DNA of 64,000 nucleotides. Source: Acidobacteriota bacterium (GTDB lineage: Bacteria > Acidobacteriota > UBA6911 > RPQK01 > CBDFMZ01). Location: contig CBDFMZ010000001.1 of assembly GCA_965249865.1 (NCBI GenBank), positions 704,415 to 768,414 on the forward strand, given 5' to 3'. Positions 57,017 to 64,000 of the stretch are shown here, one piece after another (the stretch's first letter is position 1; every line of letters begins with the position of its first letter). Under the pieces are notes generated by a model that saw only the letters and a list, made by a program, of their open reading frames with translations, ran no database searches and was not told the DNA's origin. The translations under genes and the position numbers were made by a program.

Positions 57017-58246
57017 ATGAGGCGCCGCCGGCAGGATCCATCGGGTGGGTTTCCCGATCCTCCGGTCATGCCCCCAGCTCCGAAGCCCCCGGATTACGGC
57101 GATAGGCCACAGTACGAGCCTCCTGTGCAACCGGGATTGTGGAAGTCATTGCTGGCCATAGGTTTGGGATCGGCTGCGGAGGCGGGCCGTCCCGGCGGGG
57201 CCCAGCAAGTAGCGCACAACGTCTTTGAGGCTCCCCGTCAGAGGGCGCTCCAGCAGCATCAGCGGGCTCTGGGCAAACATTATGACAAGATGGGCGTCAT
57301 TCAGCGGGCGTATGAGGATGAATGGCGGAGGAGAAACTCAAAAAAGGACGAAAGGCTAGCACAATACGACTCCGAGATAGACCTTGCACTCTTTAGCTCC
57401 CGTCGTGAGGATGCTAGGTTGAAGCGGCAAGCTACGTCCGACCGGTGGAACGAGGAAATGAAGTTGCAGGAATCGCAAACCGAAAACCAGAAGTCGTATT
57501 GGCAAGCTATGTCCGACCAGCAGGAAAAGCGACTTGAGTTGGAGGAATTGCGAACCAACGCTCTGCTCCTGGAGATGAAGGCCAAGACTGAAGCTGGAAA
57601 GAGCCTAAGTCCAAGTCAAAGGGCGGATATGGCACGGGACTACACCAGAGCGCAAGGAGAGATCCGGGATCGTTATGCGAAATGGATGTCTTTGTCCAGT
57701 GATGAGGAGGGGCTGGAACTAAAACGGCAGATGGATAAGGAGTTGCAAGAGTTGAAAGAACTCTTCGAATCTAGTGGACTCCGGTTTCCTCCTCCAGCGC
57801 CAGGCTCAGAAGGCTTTAATCTGGTATCATCCCATGATCCAGCGCCAGGCTATCCCAATGGGTCCGATAACCCCCGGGATGTCATACCCGAGGACCGGTT
57901 GTTAGAGATGTCAAATACTGGTCGAGTTCCAGTTGCTCCATATCCAGACTTAAGAGACTCTAATCTGCCGCCAGGCTTAGGAGGCTCTAATCTGCGACCA
58001 TCCCATGTCGTATCCAAGACATCGAAGCCACGCTTTCGAAATCGGTCCGTAGGCGTTAATCCGCGACAGTCTGCTTCAGCGTCAGGCTTAGGAGGCTCTA
58101 ATCTGCGACCATCCCATGCTCCAGATCCAGGCTTAGGAGGCAAAAAATTGACGACAAAGGAAGCTGAGAAGTTTTTTAAACTGGCTAATTCCAATCCAAA
58201 AGAGGCGCGGCGATTAGCTCGTGCGGCTGGATATTGGTGGGAGTAG
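57017..58246 (+). CDS. hypothetical phage protein with coiled-coil core and Pro/Gly-rich termini
   Basis: 409 aa from ATG 57017 (the listed ORF from 56900 would read through the stem-loop repeats); repeated GLGGSNLRPSH motif near the C-terminus. Confidence 0.45.
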   Translation: MRRRRQDPSGGFPDPPVMPPAPKPPDYGDRPQYEPPVQPGLWKSLLAIGLGSAAEAGRPGGAQQVAHNVFEAPRQRALQQHQRALGKHYDKMGVIQRAYEDEWRRRNSKKDERLAQYDSEIDLALFSSRREDARLKRQATSDRWNEEMKLQESQTENQKSYWQAMSDQQEKRLELEELRTNALLLEMKAKTEAGKSLSPSQRADMARDYTRAQGEIRDRYAKWMSLSSDEEGLELKRQMDKELQELKELFESSGLRFPPPAPGSEGFNLVSSHDPAPGYPNGSDNPRDVIPEDRLLEMSNTGRVPVAPYPDLRDSNLPPGLGGSNLRPSHVVSKTSKPRFRNRSVGVNPRQSASASGLGGSNLRPSHAPDPGLGGKKLTTKEAEKFFKLANSNPKEARRLARAAGYWWE

Positions 58247-61200
58247 TCATGCCAGATATTTTTGACCGGTTGGCGGACTCTTTTCCCACCTCATCGAAGA
58301 CACGTAAAAAGGATATTTTCGATGAGGTGGAGGAGAAATACAAAAAGGAGACTCAAGCTCCCATCCCCTTGGAACATCGCCTCGACTGGAGTCGTCCGCG
58401 ACCCAGCAGCCTGGAATCGGCTTACCGCTCCTTCGGGAGGAGTTATCTTCACGGAGTGGGGTCAATCCCCAAGTACGTCGGCATCGCGGCCAAGGCCATC
58501 GGCGAAGATCGTCCTCTGGAAGAGTTAGCCAGCTATCGGCTAGGGTCCTGGATCCAGGAGTACGGTGAGGAGGCATTCCCTCGCGACACCCGGGTCGGAA
58601 AATCGTTCTGGAAGCACACGCTGCCAGGGGCTTTTGGGTCCATGGCCGCCTTTCTGACTGGAGGAGTGGCTGGCAAGGTTCTCAAGCTTGGCACCGCTGG
58701 GGCCACGGCAATCTCTGGGGTGACTGGGGTCGCCATGGAATCCAGCAACCAGTACGAAGAGGCGAAGGCTGCAGGGGCTTCTGACGATGATGCCATGAAT
58801 GCTTGGCTATGGGGCCATCCCATCGGAGCCATCGAGGCGGTTCCGATTGGACGGGCCTTGCGCCGATTCGACCGGGTGACAGGCGGAGGACTGCGAGCCG
58901 TGTTGTCCTCTGGATTTAAAGGAACGGCCGAAGAAGCCATTCAGGAAGCCGTGCAGCAGGTTGGATCCAATATTGTTGCCCAACAGATTTACGACCCGGG
59001 CCGGTCCTGGTCTGGAGGTATCGGCGAGAGTGCCGCAGCCGGTGGCATCGTGGGCGCGGCAACCAACATGGCCTTAACCGCCGCTGGGTTGACTACCCGG
59101 CGCGGAAGGGCTTTCGGGCTGCAGCAAAAAATCTCCAAACTCGAAAAGCAGCTCGCAAGTTTCGATCAGCTGAAGGCGGTTGACCAACAACCTGGGACTC
59201 CGAAAAATCGAGTGGAATGGGTTTCCACAAATCAGATCGAGGTTCGTCCCGACGACATGCAACCCCGCCATGGGCGCGGCAAGTACCGCACCATTCCCTC
59301 TCATGTCGAGTCGATTCAACGCAGCATGCAAACGTCCGGCTTCAAGACCGAGTTTCCGTTGCGGGTATGGGAAGATCCCACCACTGGGCAAAAGGTCCTG
59401 TTGGAAGGGCACCATCGGCTAGAGGCCGCTGAAGGAGCGGGATTGGATCAGGTTCCCGTACAGCGCGTCACGGGCAGTTACGAGGAAGCGGCGGCCCAGG
59501 CGCGTCGTTCCAATTCTCAGAATGTCCCCCTGTCTACGATTGAAGAATCCCGGGCTTTCGCCAAGGAAGCCCAGGAGGGCAAGAGCACCGAGGAGATCGC
59601 TAAACTCTACGGCGGAATCAAGGTTTCCAAGGTTGAAGACCGCTTGGCGCTCAACCAGCTTTCGCCTCGTTTGCAGGACCTAGTTCAACAAGAAGTATTT
59701 GATCTAAAACTGGCTGAAGTCCTCGGCCGCAAGTCCCACCAGCACGGGTTGCCTCCAGCTGTTCAGGAAGAGATCTTCGATAAGGTCATCCTGAAACAGG
59801 ATCTTACCAAAATGGAGCTCGAAACCTTGATCGACACGATAGCCCCGGAAGCGACCAAACAGTTGACTATGGGGCTGGGATTTAAGATCGATCAAGGCAT
59901 CGTGGACCCTCTCAAGGAGATTGTGGCTAAGATCCGCAAACTTACCAGTGAGCGAAAGGATGCCAACAAGATTCGCCGCTATATTCGCCGGAAAGAAAAA
60001 GCGGGAGAAAAGATCGCTGGTTGGAGGAGGACAGCCCTAGGAGAAACCAGCGCCGAAGTATCCAGACTGAGTAAAGAGCTCAAGGACCTAAAGAGATCTA
60101 TTGGCCGAGGGCCTAAACCTACGGCTGCAGGAGTCTCCGCGCAAATCGAGAGCGATAGGGTTAAACTGCAGAAGAGTGAGGATATCTTAACCCAACACGA
60201 AATTGATCCACTGTCTTCTACCCAGACTCCTGGGACGGTCAAGAAGGCGCTGGAGTCCCCCGGTCCCGTCAGCCGTAGCCAGATCGTGAAGCGACTCTCG
60301 GAAAGTCTTGATATCCCCATTCGTGGGAGGATCGGGAAGTTTAGTGGAATTTACAAGCCAGACTCTAAGGTCGTTCGCACCAGGCGGGACTTTGATATGA
60401 CGACCATCGCGCATGAGGTGGGTCACCACCTAAATCTTTTCTGGTGGCCTTTCACAGACCCTAAGACCGGTAGAACCCATCTGGATCTGAAGCCATTGAA
60501 AGCATTCGAGGATGAGTATACTCCCCTCCTCGCTCATCTCGACCTGAGCGCTTATCAGCCTAGCGCGTACCCGAAAGAGGGGTGGGCGGAGTTCGTTCGG
60601 CTCTATCTGACGGAGCCAGAGAAGGCTCGAACGAAGACCCCAAAAATGTACGCCATGATGGAGTCGAAGTTGGATGAGAGCCCGGATATTCGGGACATTA
60701 TTTACCAGTTTAGAAGCGATTATCAGCGTTACGACAAGCAGCCAGCAACCCAAAAAATACTTTCCATGATTTCCAAGGAAGATCCGCCGCAGCCCAGCAA
60801 CCGTCTGGAATCGGCTGAAACGAAATGGCTCGACCATCTCAGCCCACTCAGGAAAGCCGTGGAGTCAATGGGGGATGTTCCGACCAATCGTAATGCCTAC
60901 GAGCTGGCCCGTCTGTTGGCCGGCTGGTCTGGAAAGGCGGATCATTTTCTCAAGCACGGCACATTCGGTTTCCGGGAGCAAGGGATCACCGGGGAGGCTT
61001 TCGTCCAGATTCTTGAACCATTCCGGGACAACTTAGACAACTTTGCTGCATACCTGATCGCTCGCCGGACACTTGAAAAGAGCCATCAGGGGATCGATAC
61101 GGGGATCTCGCGGCAGGTGGCCCAAGAATCGCTCGCAGAACTCAGCTCTCCCGAGTTCGAGCAGGCGGCTAAGAAGCTGTACCGCTATCAATCGGACCTG

Positions 61201-63324
61201 CTCAAGTATCTGGAACAGGCTGGAGTTCTCTCGGCGGACCTCCGGGGGAAGATCGAGAAATGGAATCAGGACTATGTGCCCTTCTATCGGGTGATGCAGG
61301 AGGACTCTGGCTCCTTGGGCCAGCGGGGAGAGGAGATGGCTAACCTTTGGCATCCCATCAAACCGATGAAAGGTTCTCGCCGCGACATCGTAAATCCCCT
61401 GGAATCTATCGTGAAAAACACCTATGCCTTCATCCATCTGGCGGAGCGCAATGCGGTGGCTCAGGCGCTGGTGAGACAGGCCCGAAACACCGAAGGCGCC
61501 GAATGGATCGCCAAGCAGATTCCACCGGACACAAAACCCACGAAATTCAGGCTCTTGGAGATCCAGAAAGATTTAAAAAACCTGGGCGTGGAGTTGACCA
61601 GCGAGCAGCTCCAGGAAGCGGCCGTGATTTTCCGGCCCTCGGCCTATGCCTCCTCACGCGAGAACATCATTCGGGTCTTGGAGGGTGGTCAGGCGAGTTT
61701 TTACCAAGTCCACCCGGATGTCTACCGCACGTTGATGGCTCTGAATGAGGAGCAGGCCAACTTTGTTTTACGGGTGCTGGCCGCTCCAGCCCGCTTGCTC
61801 CGTCTGGGAGCCACCGCCCTGGGCCCCGAGTTCGCGGTCAGAAACCCGATCCGGGACACGTTGCAGGCCGCGCTTCAATCCGATGTGGGGTTTATTCCCT
61901 TCCTCGATACAGCCCGTGGGCTGTTCCACGTTCTCAAGCGGGATGGACTGTACCAAGAGTGGATGCGCAGCGGAGGCCCTATGGCCGCTTTGGTGAGTCT
62001 GGATCGCAAGAATCTCCAGAGCAATCTGAAGGACCTGACAGGTTCAAAGCTGAGCTGGGTCATGCGCCATCCAATCGAAGCTCTGCGCCTCTTCTCGGAG
62101 ACTTCCGAAGAGGCCACCCGAGTAGGCGTCTTTGCCAAGGCGAAAGCCCAAGGGATGAGTCTTGAGGCCGCAGGGTTGGAGTCCCGGGAGGCCACGATAG
62201 ATTTCGCCAAGAAGGGGCAATACGGCAAGAACATCAATATGGTGGTCGCCTTCTGGAACGCCGGAGTTCAGGGTACGAATAAATTCATTCAGGTCCATCG
62301 AAAGAACCCGAGACGAGCGGCTGCCATGGGTGCGGTCATGACGGGCATTAGCTTAATGAACTATGCCCTGAATCGGGACGATCCCGATTGGGAAGAAGTT
62401 CCCGACTGGCAAAAAGATTTTTTCTGGCTTTTCCCAGTGAAGCATACGCCTTTGGCTGGCGTTATGGATCAACTCCCTGAGTGGCTCCAGACGAAGTGGA
62501 TTCGGATCCCCAAGCCGTTTCTTTGGGGGATGCTCTATGGGTCCACCATGGAGCGTGCGGCCCGCTGGGTAGATCGGAAGGACCCGGCGGCTTTTGATGA
62601 TTTAGCAGAGAATCTCCTGCAAGCCACCATGCCTGGGATTGTTCCAACGGCTGCGATCCCACCGCTGGAACATTGGGCCAATCGGAGTTTTTTCACCGGC
62701 CGCGTGCTCGTTCCCGAGTACATGTCGGGAATCAAAGCAAAGTACCAGGACAGGCCCTACACCTCGGAGTGGTCCAAGACGACCTCTGAAGCACTGGACC
62801 GAATGGGGATTCCGATATCGCCCATCCATCTGGACAACTACCTGTATGGGTATACAGCCGGAGCGGGGCGGCTTCTGAGTGATATCTCGAACAAGATTGC
62901 GAAAAAGGGGGATCCCGCTCGAACCATGGCGGACGTGCCTTTGCTGCGAGCCTTCGCCGTTCGGTTCCCAAGCGGCTCGACCCGGTCAGTCCAGGATTTT
63001 TATGACGATATAGGCAAGCTCGATCAAAAGAAGAGAACCATCAATGCGCTGCGGAAGCGAAAGCAGCGGATTCCTCAAGCCGATCGGATGACCCTGCGAG
63101 AATCCTTCCGCTTGGAGCGGTTTCGTAAAATCAGCGATCATCTCCGCCAGATGAATCGACAAATTCGTTCCATCTACAGATCGCGCCAGTTGCCCCCCGA
63201 AGAAAAACGGAAGCGAATCGATTCCCTGCAGCTGAGAATAGGGAGGCTGGCTAGGCGTGCGTTGGGAAGAGGAAATAAACAGAAAAAACAAAACCCATCG
63301 AATCGCGTCATGGCCAAAGAGTAA
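58234..63324 (+). CDS. giant (1696 aa) phage protein with ParB/Srx-like nuclease-type domain and HExxH zincin-like motif - candidate polyvalent ejected protein
   Basis: ParB-like segment (nt about 59220-59470): IEVRPDDMQPRHGRGKYRTIPSHVESIQRSM...KVLLEGHHRLEAAEGAG. Zincin motif at nt 60412-60429: TIAHEVGHHLNLF with downstream EGWAEF. Gly/Ala-rich hydrophobic N-terminal region; rest unrecognised. Confidence 0.6.
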   Translation: MVGVVMPDIFDRLADSFPTSSKTRKKDIFDEVEEKYKKETQAPIPLEHRLDWSRPRPSSLESAYRSFGRSYLHGVGSIPKYVGIAAKAIGEDRPLEELASYRLGSWIQEYGEEAFPRDTRVGKSFWKHTLPGAFGSMAAFLTGGVAGKVLKLGTAGATAISGVTGVAMESSNQYEEAKAAGASDDDAMNAWLWGHPIGAIEAVPIGRALRRFDRVTGGGLRAVLSSGFKGTAEEAIQEAVQQVGSNIVAQQIYDPGRSWSGGIGESAAAGGIVGAATNMALTAAGLTTRRGRAFGLQQKISKLEKQLASFDQLKAVDQQPGTPKNRVEWVSTNQIEVRPDDMQPRHGRGKYRTIPSHVESIQRSMQTSGFKTEFPLRVWEDPTTGQKVLLEGHHRLEAAEGAGLDQVPVQRVTGSYEEAAAQARRSNSQNVPLSTIEESRAFAKEAQEGKSTEEIAKLYGGIKVSKVEDRLALNQLSPRLQDLVQQEVFDLKLAEVLGRKSHQHGLPPAVQEEIFDKVILKQDLTKMELETLIDTIAPEATKQLTMGLGFKIDQGIVDPLKEIVAKIRKLTSERKDANKIRRYIRRKEKAGEKIAGWRRTALGETSAEVSRLSKELKDLKRSIGRGPKPTAAGVSAQIESDRVKLQKSEDILTQHEIDPLSSTQTPGTVKKALESPGPVSRSQIVKRLSESLDIPIRGRIGKFSGIYKPDSKVVRTRRDFDMTTIAHEVGHHLNLFWWPFTDPKTGRTHLDLKPLKAFEDEYTPLLAHLDLSAYQPSAYPKEGWAEFVRLYLTEPEKARTKTPKMYAMMESKLDESPDIRDIIYQFRSDYQRYDKQPATQKILSMISKEDPPQPSNRLESAETKWLDHLSPLRKAVESMGDVPTNRNAYELARLLAGWSGKADHFLKHGTFGFREQGITGEAFVQILEPFRDNLDNFAAYLIARRTLEKSHQGIDTGISRQVAQESLAELSSPEFEQAAKKLYRYQSDLLKYLEQAGVLSADLRGKIEKWNQDYVPFYRVMQEDSGSLGQRGEEMANLWHPIKPMKGSRRDIVNPLESIVKNTYAFIHLAERNAVAQALVRQARNTEGAEWIAKQIPPDTKPTKFRLLEIQKDLKNLGVELTSEQLQEAAVIFRPSAYASSRENIIRVLEGGQASFYQVHPDVYRTLMALNEEQANFVLRVLAAPARLLRLGATALGPEFAVRNPIRDTLQAALQSDVGFIPFLDTARGLFHVLKRDGLYQEWMRSGGPMAALVSLDRKNLQSNLKDLTGSKLSWVMRHPIEALRLFSETSEEATRVGVFAKAKAQGMSLEAAGLESREATIDFAKKGQYGKNINMVVAFWNAGVQGTNKFIQVHRKNPRRAAAMGAVMTGISLMNYALNRDDPDWEEVPDWQKDFFWLFPVKHTPLAGVMDQLPEWLQTKWIRIPKPFLWGMLYGSTMERAARWVDRKDPAAFDDLAENLLQATMPGIVPTAAIPPLEHWANRSFFTGRVLVPEYMSGIKAKYQDRPYTSEWSKTTSEALDRMGIPISPIHLDNYLYGYTAGAGRLLSDISNKIAKKGDPARTMADVPLLRAFAVRFPSGSTRSVQDFYDDIGKLDQKKRTINALRKRKQRIPQADRMTLRESFRLERFRKISDHLRQMNRQIRSIYRSRQLPPEEKRKRIDSLQLRIGRLARRALGRGNKQKKQNPSNRVMAKE

Positions 63325-63380
63325 ACTGTTTTTCAACCCGCCCTCTCGCACTGAAGTCACCATTTAGGAGTAAATCTTCG

Positions 63381-63692
63381 ATGTCTGACTTCATGCACAT
63401 CCTGGAACGCTCAATCATTCACTTTTTCAGTTCAGCCGGCTTCTACCTCATCGCGCTCTGGGGTTTCTGGATGCTGGAGCGGAAATGTCTCTGGTGGCCC
63501 CAGCTTCAAGACTGGTGGAAGCTTGTCTTGCTTGTCGTGGTGTCGTTTCTGTTCCTTTCTTTTAGGGAGATCTTCGACGTGAACGCCGGTGGATCCGCCG
63601 TGGAGTCGGTTTGCGATTGGCTCAGTTGGTTTGTGGGCCTGGGGGTGAGCGCGTGGGCAATCTACCGCCTGTTTCCGATGCGCTTGGCGTAG
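63381..63692 (+). CDS. small 3-TM membrane protein (holin-like candidate)
   Basis: 103 aa with three hydrophobic helices; follows the giant gene. Confidence 0.35.
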   Translation: MSDFMHILERSIIHFFSSAGFYLIALWGFWMLERKCLWWPQLQDWWKLVLLVVVSFLFLSFREIFDVNAGGSAVESVCDWLSWFVGLGVSAWAIYRLFPMRLA

Positions 63693-63720
63693 ATCATAGC
63701 TGAGATTAAGGAGGCGTCCG

Positions 63721-63975
63721 ATGACCGGAATTGACGACAACAACGCACTTGCGGTTCTCGTGGTGCTGATCCCACTGCTGGGCGTTGGCGTTCTGCTGTG
63801 GCAACGCACGACTGCCGAGGGGCGAAAGATGGCCGACTGGAGGGGCCGGGTCAATGAACGATTGAAGAACGTGGAAAAACAGCTGGAGAAGCTCGATAAG
63901 CTCCAAAGCTGCGTGCAGGATATTCGCCTGCAGTTGGTTTCGGCGATTGACCGAGACAGGAGAAAGAACCCATGA
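63721..63975 (+). CDS. small N-terminal-TM coiled-coil protein (spanin/holin-like candidate)
   Basis: 84 aa; one N-terminal TM (ALAVLVVLIPLLGVGVLLW) then coiled coil. Confidence 0.3.
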   Translation: MTGIDDNNALAVLVVLIPLLGVGVLLWQRTTAEGRKMADWRGRVNERLKNVEKQLEKLDKLQSCVQDIRLQLVSAIDRDRRKNP

Positions 63976-64000
63976 GGCCTTTAACTCGATTCTATGAAAA

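Overview
This window looks like a Planctomycetota-type chromosome segment carrying an integrated, largely intact prophage. The PSCyt/DUF1592 plus DUF1552 gene pair is typical of that phylum. Roughly the first 25.9 kb are host genes: aldehyde dehydrogenase, a short citrate-synthase-fold protein, a YugP-like Zn-peptidase broken by an in-frame stop, the DUF1592/DUF1552 pair, a rhomboid protease, an SSF symporter, an SDR, FxsA, a YceH-like gene, a Sel1 protein, an N-truncated sugar-dehydrogenase remnant, a gluconolactonase-like gene and a beta-lactamase-family gene. Within this stretch, about 13.7-18.9 kb is a lower-GC islet with degraded, phage-like genes. A tRNA 3'-end fragment at 25941 marks a probable attL, and from there to the end of the window the sequence is prophage. 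The prophage has a replication module with iteron-like repeats inside the initiator gene, then a roughly 10.8-kb cargo and defence island. That island holds a PKD-repeat secreted protein, two single-chain Type IIG-like restriction-modification enzymes, a DPPF-class methyltransferase with an adjacent putative nuclease, and intact and remnant IS1595-family transposase copies bounded by recognisable inverted repeats. It is followed by a complete morphogenesis module (small terminase, large terminase, portal, scaffold, capsid, tail, repeat-bearing fibre), a 1696-aa giant protein with ParB-like and HExxH zincin-like motifs that may be a polyvalent ejected protein, and small membrane proteins that may be a lysis cassette. 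The integrase and intact tRNA are expected beyond the right edge. All calls rest on reading the supplied translations and the DNA by eye; no database search was possible.
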